A DNA stretch of 64,000 nucleotides from an uncultured Verrucomicrobiae bacterium (GTDB lineage Bacteria; Verrucomicrobiota; Verrucomicrobiia; Chthoniobacterales; UBA10450): positions 672,001 through 736,000 of the forward strand of contig CAVYXA010000003.1 of assembly GCA_963772365.1 (NCBI GenBank), in the 5' to 3' direction. The notes below the pieces were generated by a model. That model was given only the letters and a program-made list of their open reading frames with translations, was not told the DNA's origin and did not search any database. Made by a program: the position numbers and the translations under genes. This document shows positions 28,056-37,638 of this stretch, piece by piece. Within the stretch, counting starts at the first letter, position 1. Every line of letters begins with the position of its first letter.

Positions 28056-29024
28056 TTGTCTTGTATGACAGGGTTGCAATACCGATGGCAAGCACCGCCA
28101 AACTTCGATGATATAGTTGAAAGAATTAGGGCTGCGGCGACGAACAAAGCGAAGCTGGACGAAATCTTCGACAAGTTAATAAAGTATCAGCCGCTTCTTA
28201 ATTATCGTTTCGGTCGCGGCGGTGTCTATTGGCGCGGGTGCCGCGCAAAAAGCGAGGCTGGGTTCGAGCATGCACACGAAGTTGGGCCACCGCCCGCGGC
28301 GTCGACAAAGGCGGGACGACTAAACGATCCGGCCGAACCAATTTTGTACACGTCCACAAGAACACATACCGTCTTCAATGAACTGTCTGTCAAAGAGGGC
28401 GCTTATGTTCACATAATCGGCGTCAGAATTAAGCCGAAGGCGACATTCCACATTATGGCGGTTGGTGAATTGTTTCATATTTTCAAGACAGAACGGTCCC
28501 GTATTCTCGGCGGCAAGATTGGAGCAACGCTTAATCGAATGCTAAACGACACAGATCCAGACCTTGGAAGGCGCTTAATCTATGTCGATGCTCTGCTTGA
28601 TTCATACTTAGCGGATCCAAACGCACGCGATGACGAATATTTACATAGTCGCGCTATCGCACGGGCAATCTTCAAGAAAGTCGATCTGATTGAGGCATTT
28701 TTTTATCCCAGCGTGTGCCAGGAAGCCGGAATGAATCTTGCCGTTCGATCCGATATCTATGAAAAGAAAATGCACATCGTTTCGTCGCAAGTCGTTAGGA
28801 TAACGAGGCACCGAGAAGACCTCGGTCTCTTCGATTATGAAATTTGTCGCCACGCGAAGCATGTAAATGATGATGGGACGTTCGAGTGGCTTGAGAAAGG
28901 GGATACTTCGAATCGTGCAATCTTATTTGGACTAACCGGTGAAGAAGAAAAATTCTCCAAAGCGAGAGGTGGCGCGCTAACGGGAAACGACTTCCTAGAC
29001 ATAATTAGCCTTCATTCGCGGTGA
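28056..29024 (+). CDS. RES domain protein
   Basis: YWRG, GPPP....AGRLN.P.EPILYTS....NE, Y..SR.IA, FFYPSV...GMNLAV. Confidence 0.7.
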   Translation: MSCMTGLQYRWQAPPNFDDIVERIRAAATNKAKLDEIFDKLIKYQPLLNYRFGRGGVYWRGCRAKSEAGFEHAHEVGPPPAASTKAGRLNDPAEPILYTSTRTHTVFNELSVKEGAYVHIIGVRIKPKATFHIMAVGELFHIFKTERSRILGGKIGATLNRMLNDTDPDLGRRLIYVDALLDSYLADPNARDDEYLHSRAIARAIFKKVDLIEAFFYPSVCQEAGMNLAVRSDIYEKKMHIVSSQVVRITRHREDLGLFDYEICRHAKHVNDDGTFEWLEKGDTSNRAILFGLTGEEEKFSKARGGALTGNDFLDIISLHSR

Positions 29025-29247
29025 CGTCGGATCCTACCAACGCGAAGCATTAAGTCGATAATTAAGGCTTAGTGGAGCCTTGCTGAGAGAATCACACACT
29101 GTCAGCGCTCTCATCTCGCCCTTATCGTTGTTCAGCGGCGATTTTCGGCGACGCTGAACTTAAGTTCGCAGGGCGTGGACGGGATCGATGCGGGTCGCTC
29201 GACGCGCGGGGAGAAATTAAAACGGTCACGAGTGATTAGCGTCAACA

Positions 29248-29445
29248 TCACGCTGGGCTTAATTCAGACTGGGCCAGGGCAGCTTCAAATACAGAGAGGA
29301 GCCTTTTCTTTTGATCGGCCACCGCTTGCTTCGAATCCAGCTTTCGCTCCAGGGACAATCCCGATTTTGGTTCGGTCAGACGGAGCAATCGCTCGCCACC
29401 CTTGAGTTTGATCAGATCGATCTGAATTTTGTCGCGGTCAATCAT
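29248..29445 (-). CDS. Small hypothetical protein
   Basis: 65-aa ORF starting a few nt downstream of 29452-29820. Confidence 0.55.
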   Translation of the reverse strand: MIDRDKIQIDLIKLKGGERLLRLTEPKSGLSLERKLDSKQAVADQKKRLLSVFEAALAQSELSPA

Positions 29446-29451
29446 CGCTGC

Positions 29452-29820
29452 TTAACTTTCCCGGAAACCATGCGATTGCAACATGCGGTTGAGATTCTCG
29501 ATAGACGCCGGACCAAATTGCGCATGGGCAGAATATGCGGCGCGCTCAAAACTTCCCTCGTTGAATTCACGCAAGCTCACTGGCGGATCGATTGATGCAA
29601 CCGTTAGCGCTTCGAGAATTTCGTGATAGAGCGTCACTGAAAATTCGTCATCACTCAGACCGGGGCGGATCACAATCTCCAGATTTCTGCCAGTAATTCG
29701 TGTGTTAGCGATCGCCTCGCGACCGAGGGCATCGAGCAGCGGAATCTCGCTCAACTTTAAGCGGACAATCTTGAAGCCGGCGTAAAGGCTGACGTTTTGG
29801 AATGAACCCGGATCGATCAT
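29452..29820 (-). CDS. Hypothetical protein with a metallopeptidase-like TLYHEILEA motif
   Basis: HExxE variant after a zincin-like segment. Confidence 0.5.
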   Translation of the reverse strand: MIDPGSFQNVSLYAGFKIVRLKLSEIPLLDALGREAIANTRITGRNLEIVIRPGLSDDEFSVTLYHEILEALTVASIDPPVSLREFNEGSFERAAYSAHAQFGPASIENLNRMLQSHGFRES

Positions 29821-29941
29821 GCGCTAGCCGCGATCTCTTGAACGTCGCTGCTCATCATGGCGATTATCGGAGATTGTCTCGATTTCGCCAAGATTGTGCG
29901 CTGGCTTGCTGTCGTGCTCATTTTGGCGGAAACTGAAATGC

Positions 29942-30158
29942 GTGAGCCAATCAGTTGTCAAGGTTGACCCCTGAGATCATGAGCGGCGCTCCCTGTTTCG
30001 CCGGGACGCGCGTTCCGATCCAAAATCTGATCGATTATCTCGAGGGCGGCGATTCGATTGACGGGTTTCTCGATGGTTTTCCGACTGTGTCGCGCGAGCA
30101 AGTAATCGCTTTCTTGGAGGAAGCTAAGACTCGCATGTTCTCTTCCGTGGCCCGGTGA
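29942..30158 (+). CDS. DUF433 family protein (apparent +1 frameshift in the C-run at 29968-29971)
   Basis: GTG 29942 gives MSQSVVKVD; shifted frame gives PEIMSGAPCFAGTRVPIQNLIDYLEGG...FPTV. Confidence 0.8.
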
Positions 30159-30171
30159 GAAGGGCAGAACG

Positions 30172-30384
30172 CTACGAACGGGGGCGTCTCTTGTTTCTTG
30201 GGTACACGGTCGATTTTTCTCGAACCGCCAGGCTCCGGGAGGCTTTCTTTGGACGCACGGGTCTCGCTTTCGGCCTGAGAACACGCGCCTTTTGGACATC
30301 GAAATAATCGAGCACGTCCTGGCCTCGATCGAATCTCTCTTCGAGGTTGTTCGCGTTGGTCGCGTCACCCTGCGATTTTTTCAT
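30172..30384 (-). CDS. BrnA-like antitoxin
   Basis: LEERFDRGQDVLDYFD...AR; overlaps the BrnT 3' end. Confidence 0.65.
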   Translation of the reverse strand: MKKSQGDATNANNLEERFDRGQDVLDYFDVQKARVLRPKARPVRPKKASRSLAVREKSTVYPRNKRRPRS

Positions 30385-30632
30385 ACGTCTTGATCTCCGG
30401 CGCCGTCGATCTCCTGACACTTATAAATCCGAATCGTCGTTCCGCGATAGGTGATAATCGCGGACCAGTGCTCGTTTCCAATTGTGCCGATGACCATGTA
30501 TCGCTTTTCGAAAACATCTTTGGCACGCAGGAGAACCATTTTGGATTTCCAGAGCGCCTGCGCTTCAACAAAGTTAATTCCGTGCTTGGCTTTGTTGATC
30601 TCGTTCTTCTGAAGATCGAACTCAAACTCCAC
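30365..30632 (-). pseudogene. BrnT family toxin, +1 frameshift at 30425-30427
   Basis: MEFEFD.QKN.INK.KHGINF.EA...RY..IG...TYRG..IRI, then ISVRRS...EIKTYE in the shifted frame. Confidence 0.85.
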
Positions 30633-30747
30633 GGCGACAGCGATGATGAATCAGCTCGCCGCAAAATGGAACAGTGAAATCGATTTGCCCTGAGAGACTA
30701 ATCAATGCAGCGCGCCCGCGCAGCGACTGTTTTGCCGGGGCAATTTT

Positions 30748-31752
30748 TCAGGAGCGAAGGGGAGAAATTAAGTCGTTGGGTGAGAGTTGAGAGCCGAACG
30801 CAGATTGTTGACTGGATAATTTGTTATTCACCGTTTGCTCGGCGGCGGCGATCTTTTCCGGGGGAACGCGGCGGAGCTTGGAAGTAATTCCCAATTTGGA
30901 AAGCGTCCAGATGATCCATTTGGTGGGATCGAATTGCCACGGTTTGACGCCGTTGCGGTAATCGTATTGAAATTCGTGGTGATAGTTGTGGTAGCCCTCG
31001 CCGAAGGTAAAAATGGCGAGGAAGAACGAATCGCGCGCGCTGCAACGCGTGGAGTACGGTTGCCGGCCCATGCAATGGCAGGCGCTATTGATGAAAAAGG
31101 TGCAATGCTGCACGACGACGACCCGGGCAAGGCCGCCGATTAAGAATCCGCCGAGCGCGCCGACCCATCCATCGTAGAGAAATCCGGCGAGTGTCGGCAG
31201 AACAAAACCGACGAGGACAGCGAGGCCATGAATATGTCGATCCTGCCAGCGCACGAGCGGGTCCTTTTGCAGATCGATTACATTATCGTAGGGCGGTTGC
31301 GGGTTGAGTTTGAAAAGGAGCCAGCCGATGTGGGCGTGGAAGAAACCTTTCTGGATGTTGTAAGGATCTTCTTCGTGATCGACGTGCTTGTGGTGCCGGC
31401 GATGTTCGCTCGTCCACATGAGCACAGAGTTTTCGAAGGCGCCTGCACCGAAGATAAGGACGAGGAGCCGCATCGGCCATCTCGCCTCAAAAGTTTTGTG
31501 CGCGAAAAGCCGGTGATAGCCGGCAGTGATGCTAAATCCGGTGAGCGCGACGAAGAGAAAAAACAGGCCGACGTGAAACCAGCTGAGGCCAAAGAACCAA
31601 AGGTAAATCGGCAGACAAGTCACCGTAAGAAAAGCTGTTCCGATCAGGAATGAGCTGGTGATCCAGTTGATCCGATGTCGCGGAAGGGAAAGGATCGTCC
31701 GTTGTCGATCTTCCACTTCTATTGGGACGGAGTCAGCGAGCGAGGACGACAT
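30748..31752 (-). CDS. Delta-9 acyl-CoA/acyl-lipid fatty acid desaturase
   Basis: His boxes GYHRLFAH, HRRHH, GEGYHNYHH. Confidence 0.92.
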   Translation of the reverse strand: MSSSLADSVPIEVEDRQRTILSLPRHRINWITSSFLIGTAFLTVTCLPIYLWFFGLSWFHVGLFFLFVALTGFSITAGYHRLFAHKTFEARWPMRLLVLIFGAGAFENSVLMWTSEHRRHHKHVDHEEDPYNIQKGFFHAHIGWLLFKLNPQPPYDNVIDLQKDPLVRWQDRHIHGLAVLVGFVLPTLAGFLYDGWVGALGGFLIGGLARVVVVQHCTFFINSACHCMGRQPYSTRCSARDSFFLAIFTFGEGYHNYHHEFQYDYRNGVKPWQFDPTKWIIWTLSKLGITSKLRRVPPEKIAAAEQTVNNKLSSQQSAFGSQLSPNDLISPLRS

Positions 31753-31954
31753 CTTTTTTTGTCCAGCTATGGACTTGGTGGCAATGCGGACACGTTAGGC
31801 GCGGACGATTGAGTTTGGTGCCGTTCCAAGCTGATTCTCTTACCGTCTTGCCGGTAGAAGCGAGCTTGCCGGTCGAAGGACATCGGACCAGGATTCGTTT
31901 AATCGCTGTCCCCGCGGGTGGTTTTGCTGCTCGTTTGAGATTGAAGTTACCCAT
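31733..31954 (-). CDS. Small zinc-ribbon-like protein
   Basis: RCPSTGK...CPHCHQVHSW; ATG overlaps the infA stop (TGATG). Confidence 0.65.
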   Translation of the reverse strand: MGNFNLKRAAKPPAGTAIKRILVRCPSTGKLASTGKTVRESAWNGTKLNRPRLTCPHCHQVHSWTKKDVVLAR

Positions 31955-32169
31955 CAGAGTCGATAAACGATGCGGGCCTTTTCCATGTCGTAGGGCGACA
32001 TTTCCATTTTGACGCGGTCGCCAACAGTAAGCCGGATAAAACGTTTTCGCATTTTTCCGGAGATGTGGGCGAGCACCTGACGGGCATTGTCAAGATCGAC
32101 ACGGAACATTGTACCGGGCAGCACGGAGGTTATCGTTCCTTCGATTTCGATCGATTTTTCCAAAGCCAT
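31954..32169 (-). CDS. infA: Translation initiation factor IF-1
   Basis: IEIEG...LPGTMFRV...LAHISGKMR...I...GDRV..EMSPYD..KARIVYR. Confidence 0.96.
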   Translation of the reverse strand: MALEKSIEIEGTITSVLPGTMFRVDLDNARQVLAHISGKMRKRFIRLTVGDRVKMEMSPYDMEKARIVYRL

Positions 32170-32236
32170 GGGTCTTGCGACCAGCGGGCCGACGCTCAAG
32201 TGGAATTGAGCGTCGGCCGCGGTCAAATTTTCGGAC

Positions 32237-32542
32237 TTACCGGCGATTACCGGCAAACGGGCGCCGACCGCCTCCGCCCCCGTAAGGACGTGGACGTTCT
32301 TCGCGCGGGCGCGCTTCATTGACATTGAGCGCGCGACCGTTGACGTCCTTGCCGTTGAGAGCGGCGATGGCGGCTTCAGCCTGGGCTTTATCGTTCATTG
32401 TGACGAACGCAAAACCGCGCGATTTGCCGGTCATGCGGTCCATCATAAGAGAGACTTCGCCGACCTGGCCGTGTTGTTCGAAAAGATCCTGGAGATCGTT
32501 TTCAGTGGTCTCAAAAGAGAGATTACCAACGTATAGTTTCAT
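32237..32542 (-). CDS. RRM RNA-binding protein
   Basis: RNP2 LYVGNL, RNP1 [15 protein letters not shown] plus Gly-rich tail. Confidence 0.95.
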   Translation of the reverse strand: MKLYVGNLSFETTENDLQDLFEQHGQVGEVSLMMDRMTGKSRGFAFVTMNDKAQAEAAIAALNGKDVNGRALNVNEARPREERPRPYGGGGGRRPFAGNRR

Positions 32543-32780
32543 AGTGATTTGCTTTGGAAAAAAACTGCCAGCTTCAGAGCCGTTCCCGGGAATCGGGTTT
32601 CAAATCACCACCGAGGAGAGCCTCGCCTGACGATCTACCATGCAACGAACGATACAGATGTATCCAATAATCGGCTGGAGCATCGTCTGTTTTGAGATTA
32701 GTGCAAACGACGTTTTCGAGACGCTGACAAGTTAAGAGCCGCAGATCGAACGTGATTGCCATTGAACCCGAAGGTATGGC

Positions 32781-33566
32781 ATGACTGGGACAAGCGTGAA
32801 AGAGCGGCATGAAGAGATTGCGTCGGCGCTGCCGAGGGACCTGGATTCGTTGCCACGGCTAAAGGGGTTTCGTCTGCGCGGAATAGAGATGACGCGACTG
32901 GAAACGTTCATCGATGCTGCGTTCGCTTTTGCCGTCACCATGCTGGTCATCGCGGCCCAACAAATTCCCGATGCTATGGAGAAATTGCTGGGCGCGTTTA
33001 GGAATGTGCCGACCTTTCTTTGCAGCATCGCCGTGATTGGGATTTTCTGGCGTGGCCATTGGCTGTGGAGCAGGCGTTATGGTCTGGAAGATGGCGTCTC
33101 GATTTTTATTAGCTGGAGCATGCTGGTCACGATCCTCGTTTACATCTACCCGCTCAAAGCCGTTTTCGGGGCGATGTGGTACCTTCTAAGTGACGGCCAG
33201 GTCGGCGCGACGCTTGGGCCCAGCACCGATGCACAGGTCAGAATGCTCTTCGCCGCGTATGCGATTGGTTTTACCGCGATCGCGCTCGAAATTCTGCTGT
33301 TGAACCTGCGGGCCTGGCAATTGCGCGAGGCGTTACGTCTGGATGCGCTCGAACGACTGCGGACGCGCCGTGAAATAACCGGATGGAGCATCCCAGTCAA
33401 CGTTGGGATTCTGTCGTTGATTCTGGCGGTCACGCTGCCGAGATCGCAGCTGGCCTGGAGCGGCTGGGTTTATTTTTCAATGGCCATTCTTGTGCCGCTT
33501 CATTCCATCTTTCGTAAACGGTCGATCGCGCGAACGCTATGTAAACCAGTGACGAGTGATGGGTGA
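32781..33566 (+). CDS. TMEM175/DUF1211 family membrane protein
   Basis: RLETFIDAAFAFAVTML; FW..H...RRYGL. Confidence 0.8.
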   Translation: MTGTSVKERHEEIASALPRDLDSLPRLKGFRLRGIEMTRLETFIDAAFAFAVTMLVIAAQQIPDAMEKLLGAFRNVPTFLCSIAVIGIFWRGHWLWSRRYGLEDGVSIFISWSMLVTILVYIYPLKAVFGAMWYLLSDGQVGATLGPSTDAQVRMLFAAYAIGFTAIALEILLLNLRAWQLREALRLDALERLRTRREITGWSIPVNVGILSLILAVTLPRSQLAWSGWVYFSMAILVPLHSIFRKRSIARTLCKPVTSDG

Positions 33567-33588
33567 CGAGTGACAAGAGTTCCTAGCA

Positions 33589-33899
33589 TCAGAACCCGAC
33601 AAAGAGCGAAGCTATGCGCTGGCGTGTTTTAGCATCAGGAAGCCGTCCGACGCCTGCGGCCATGTTATCTTCGAGATCCTGTGGATTATTTTGTAGCCGG
33701 GATCACACAGGTAACGGCCGGGTGCGCCACGATCCATTTCAACAAAAACTGCGCCCAGAAGTGGCAATCGAATTCAGCAGCCCACGCCGGCAATGGCTTT
33801 GCCGAAATGACTTGAAACACACCGCCGCCGCCAAATGGCCGATTGATGAGGACGCCCATGCCGAGATCCTGGGCGAGCGGCAGGATACGTTGAGCCGCG
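33589..33899 (-). pseudogene. C-terminal remnant of an aldo/keto reductase
   Basis: Manual translation AAQRILPLAQDLGMGVLINRPFGGG...WAQFLLKWIVAHPAVTCVIPAT / NNPQDLEDNMAAGVGRLPD...*; no 5' half; frameshift at 33689-33692. Confidence 0.8.
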
Positions 33900-33901
33900 C
33901 T

Positions 33902-35005
33902 TCAATCCACCTCCATCCCTTCGTATTTGATTCCGTGTGCTTCGGACACCGCACGGCAGGTGAGGAGTCCATCGCGTGTGTTGATTCCGCCGATGAGCGC
34001 CGGCTGCTTTTTGCAGGCGCCGTCCAAACCGAGATCGGCCAGCAACTCGACGTATCGATACGTCACGTTGGTCAATGCCTGTGTGGCCGTGCGGGCGTAG
34101 GCCGCGGGCATGTTTGCCACGCAATAATGAGTTACGCTTTCTTCCACGTAGACCGGATTCATGTGCGTGGTCGGTCGAGACGTTTCCGCGCAGCCACCCT
34201 GGTCGATGGAGATGTCGACGAGCACGCTGCCGGGCTTCATTTTTCGCAGCATCGCGCGAGTGATTAGTTTGGGCGCCTTCGCTCCGGGCAAAAGGACGGC
34301 GCCAATGAGCAAATCACATTCTGGCATTAGCTCATGCAGATTTGCTTCGTTTGAATAAAGCGTGTTGGTGTTCCCCATCGCGAGGTCGAGATAACGTAGC
34401 CGTTCCAAATCGACATCGAGAATTGTCACATCCGCTCCGAGACCGGTAGCCATTCTAGCCGCATTTACACCGGAAGTTCCGCCGCCTACAACTACCACTC
34501 TGCCCGGCAGAACTCCTGGCACTCCGCCTAACAGAACGCCGCTGCCGCCATTGTACTTGGCCAGAAAATTTGCGCCCATGACCACGGACATGCGTCCCGC
34601 GATTTCGCTCATTGGTTCGAGCAACGGAAGCCGATGACCGATCTGGATGGTTTCGTAAGCGATCCCGGTCACGCCTGATTTCAATAATGCTTCGGTCAAT
34701 GGTTTACTGGCTGCGAGATGCAGATAGGTGAAGAGGATCTGCCCTTTGCGCAAAAGCGGGAACTCGGCCTTGAGCGGTTCTTTTACCTTCACGATCATGT
34801 CGGCCCGCCGAAAAACTTCTTCAGCCGCATCGACAATCTCCGCCCCAGCTTCGCGATATTGATCGTCAGTGTAACCCGAGCCGACGCCAGCATTTTTCTC
34901 CACCAGAACGGAATGGCCGCGTTTCGCTAATTGCGCCGCCGCCGAGGGAAGGAGGGCGACGCGCTGCTCTTGCTCCTTGATCTCTTTTGGTACGCCAATG
35001 ATCAT
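33902..35005 (-). CDS. ald: Alanine dehydrogenase
   Basis: IGVPKEIK..E.RV, KVKEP, FTYLHLA, DQGGC.ETS.PTTH, HYCVANMP. Confidence 0.95.
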   Translation of the reverse strand: MIIGVPKEIKEQEQRVALLPSAAAQLAKRGHSVLVEKNAGVGSGYTDDQYREAGAEIVDAAEEVFRRADMIVKVKEPLKAEFPLLRKGQILFTYLHLAASKPLTEALLKSGVTGIAYETIQIGHRLPLLEPMSEIAGRMSVVMGANFLAKYNGGSGVLLGGVPGVLPGRVVVVGGGTSGVNAARMATGLGADVTILDVDLERLRYLDLAMGNTNTLYSNEANLHELMPECDLLIGAVLLPGAKAPKLITRAMLRKMKPGSVLVDISIDQGGCAETSRPTTHMNPVYVEESVTHYCVANMPAAYARTATQALTNVTYRYVELLADLGLDGACKKQPALIGGINTRDGLLTCRAVSEAHGIKYEGMEVD

Positions 35006-35071
35006 GCCCGGAAGTGAAAAGTGATGAGTGACGAGTGACAAGAAAAAACGCTAGCCACTCGTCGCTTGCGA

Positions 35072-35635
35072 CTAATTTAGCGACGGATCGTCCGGAGCGG
35101 CGGCGAGCATTTTGTACCACGGTCCCAGTTTGTTCATGATGTCGAACCAGAGTCTGGGTAAGCGCTCCTGCTTAAGCATCGAGCGGTTTGGTTTTTGCAC
35201 GAGCCAGGCATTTTGTTTCATCTCGGCCTCTAATTGTCCGGCACCCCAGCCGGCATACCCGAGGAACGCGTAAACTGGCTTTTCGCCCGCGCTCATCGCT
35301 GCATGATCCAAGGTTGCGCCGGAGTTGATCGTAAAACCGTGACCTTTCTCCCACTCGAATGTAGCCAGCATCACCTGATCGGTTCCGACTGGACCGCCGA
35401 GGAATACGGGCACATCGGCCAAACCCTCGGGCGGTGTTTCGCTCACGAGCTCGGAAATCTGCTTATCCAATGGTCGATTAATAATCACTCCCATCGCCCC
35501 TTCCTCTGGTTCGTGCGTCGACAGGAAAAGGACCGCCCGGCGGAAATTCGGATCCAGCATATTGGGATGGGCCACGAGTAAGGAGCCGGCCAAGCTCCGG
35601 TCAGCTTTCGCATCCTGCCCCATACGATTTCGCAT
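35072..35635 (-). CDS. YqgE/AlgH family protein
   Basis: LLVA.P...DPNF.RAV, G.IINRP, GGPV, GYAGW..GQLE.E. Confidence 0.9.
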   Translation of the reverse strand: MRNRMGQDAKADRSLAGSLLVAHPNMLDPNFRRAVLFLSTHEPEEGAMGVIINRPLDKQISELVSETPPEGLADVPVFLGGPVGTDQVMLATFEWEKGHGFTINSGATLDHAAMSAGEKPVYAFLGYAGWGAGQLEAEMKQNAWLVQKPNRSMLKQERLPRLWFDIMNKLGPWYKMLAAAPDDPSLN

Positions 35636-35740
35636 AGAAAAACTAGAACGCTCAAAGTCGCCCGGCGCAAGCGGAATGCCAGCCTTTCGGCATCCTCAGT
35701 TGCCTAAAATTCCTCCTCGTTTAGAGGCAATTCTGGCATC

Positions 35741-35769
35741 TGGACGAATTCTGACCGGTGTTCTATAAT
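35741..35769 (+). promoter_or_regulatory. Candidate sigma70 promoter
   Basis: TGGACG (35741-35746), 17-bp spacer, TATAAT (35764-35769). Confidence 0.55.
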
Positions 35770-35775
35770 TTCCCC

Positions 35776-35893
35776 AAAATTTTGTTGCTACCAGACGCGA
35801 ACTCGGCTATCACGAGCGCAGTTTTTCACGATTGTTCTGGGGGGAACAGCCGCCCTTCACGTCCGATCGGACGTGGGGGGCGGTAATTTTTTT
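35776..35893 (+). ncRNA. Candidate ~120-nt small RNA
   Basis: Lies between the promoter and an intrinsic terminator; no credible ORF. Confidence 0.45.
35850..35893 (+). terminator. Rho-independent terminator
   Basis: ccgcccttcacgtccg-at-cggacgtggggggcgg hairpin followed by taattttttt. Confidence 0.7.
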
Positions 35894-35956
35894 GCCGAAA
35901 TTTTCTGTTGAGAATAGCTCGCGCGGAAAGCGTGAGTTCCAATGCAAAAAGAAGAT

Positions 35957-36040
35957 TGGGCAGGGCTGGATTCGAACCAGCGAAGGCGTAAAGCCAGCAG
36001 ATTTACAGTCTGCCCCGTTTGGCCACTTCGGTACCTACCC
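35957..36040 (-). tRNA. tRNA-Tyr(GTA)
   Basis: GGGTAGGTACCGAAGTGGCCAAACGGGGCAGACTGTAAATCTG...GGTTCGAATCCAGCCCTGCCCA; long variable arm; CCA not encoded. Confidence 0.96.
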
Positions 36041-36108
36041 GTCGCTGCGAGGGTTTCTGATATAACTCAGCGGCTCTCGCCCGCAAGTAGTTTGCCGCCG
36101 CTTCGAAC

Positions 36109-37294
36109 TTACCCGAGAAACTCCGCGATACAGTTTACCACAGCTCGTTGAGCTTCGCGGGAGATCTCCGGATAAATCGGCAGCGCCAGGTTCTCGCGCG
36201 CCGCTCGTTCTGTCTCAGGAAAATCACCGGCCTTGTAGCCCAGATACTCAAAGCACTGCTGCTCATGTAAACCGAGCGGATAATAAATTGCCGTCTCGAT
36301 CTCGCCTTTGGAGAGGTGTGCGCGCAGCTCGTGACGTCTCGGCGTTCGTATGACGTATTGATGATAAATGTGATGGTTCGCCAGGCCTCGAGTACCGATA
36401 AGGCTCCGCCGGAAGCCTGATCTTGTTTGTCAGACCGGTTCGTTCAAATTCGTTTCGATAAAAATCCGCCACGGCTCGACGGGCAGCGGACCAGGCATCG
36501 AGATGCGGCAGCTTAACTCCGAGGATCGCCGCCTGGATTTCATCGAGCCGGAAATTGCCGCCGATAAAGTGATGCTCGTAACGCGGTTCCATTCCGTGTT
36601 CCCGGCAAATACGCAGTTGTTTGGCCAAAGAGTCGTCCCGGCAAACAATCAGTCCGGCATCACCGGCGGCACCCAGATTCTTCGATGGATAAAAGCTGAA
36701 GCAACCGACGTCGCCGATCGCTCCGGCTTTCACCTTGCCCTGTGCGCTGGGATATTCGGCCCCAATTGCCTGAGCAGCATCTTCTATGAGCAAGAGATCG
36801 TGTTGCCGCGCGATCTCGATGATTGGATCCATGTCGCAGCACAATCCAAAAAGATGCACCGGAATGATGGCGCGAACTGCCCGCCCGCTCTCATCGAGTA
36901 ACTTGCCACCGGATTTCTTGCAACATCTGTCGATGTAGCGATTCAAGGCCGCGGGCGAGATATTAAATGTTTCCGGATCAATATCGATGAAGTGCGGTGT
37001 CGCACCGACTCGCGCAACAGAGGCAGCGGTAGCAAAGAAGCTGTAGGCTGTCGTCAGCACAGCGTCGCCGGCGCCGATTTCAAGGGACATTAACGCTGCC
37101 AGCAACGCATCTGTTCCAGATGAAACGCCGATGGCATGAGGAACTTCACAATAACTGGCAATCGCTCGCTCGAATCTCCCCAGCTTTGGTCCAAGAATGA
37201 AACGCTGGCTGGCCAAAACTTCGTCGATCTCAGCGCGAATCGGGGCCGCGAGAATACGATATTGTTCAGACAGGTCAAGCATCGGCACACGCAT
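36109..37294 (-). CDS. DegT/DnrJ/EryC1/StrS aminotransferase (frameshift near 36390)
   Basis: [29 protein letters not shown]-terminus HIYHQYVIR...LALPIYPE...FLG* in the shifted frame. Confidence 0.9.
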
Positions 37295-37427
37295 TGCGCG
37301 AAAAATCCGCTAAATAGCCTGACTCGTCCAGTAGCGAGCATGCCAATTGCTCACCTTGTGCAACGTGAAGCTTCGGCCGTGATCGGACGCATTGACCGAA
37401 GGCTTCTGCTACATTAACCTCGTGCCC

Positions 37428-37604
37428 ATGCGTTTGATCCGTGGCCTGTTTTGGCTGGTTTTGTTTATCCTTTTTACGTTCAGTTTTGTCGTGCTTTTTG
37501 AGTACGGCCCCCACGATTTCGTTAACGGATTCCAAAAAGAGTTCGCCCGGTTAAAGACATTTGTCGTCAAGCAAACCGAACAAGCGAAAAAGCCGAAGAA
37601 GTGA
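37428..37604 (+). CDS. Small membrane protein
   Basis: MRLIRGLFWLVLFILFTFSFVVLFEYGP..F..GF. Confidence 0.6.
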   Translation: MRLIRGLFWLVLFILFTFSFVVLFEYGPHDFVNGFQKEFARLKTFVVKQTEQAKKPKK

Positions 37605-37638
37605 TCCCGGTGATTTCACCGCACAAGGAGTGGCGAGC

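Noticed and set aside
32885..32945. TMEM175 signature reads FID rather than FSD
   Set aside because: A single substitution; cannot be judged unusual without a family alignment.
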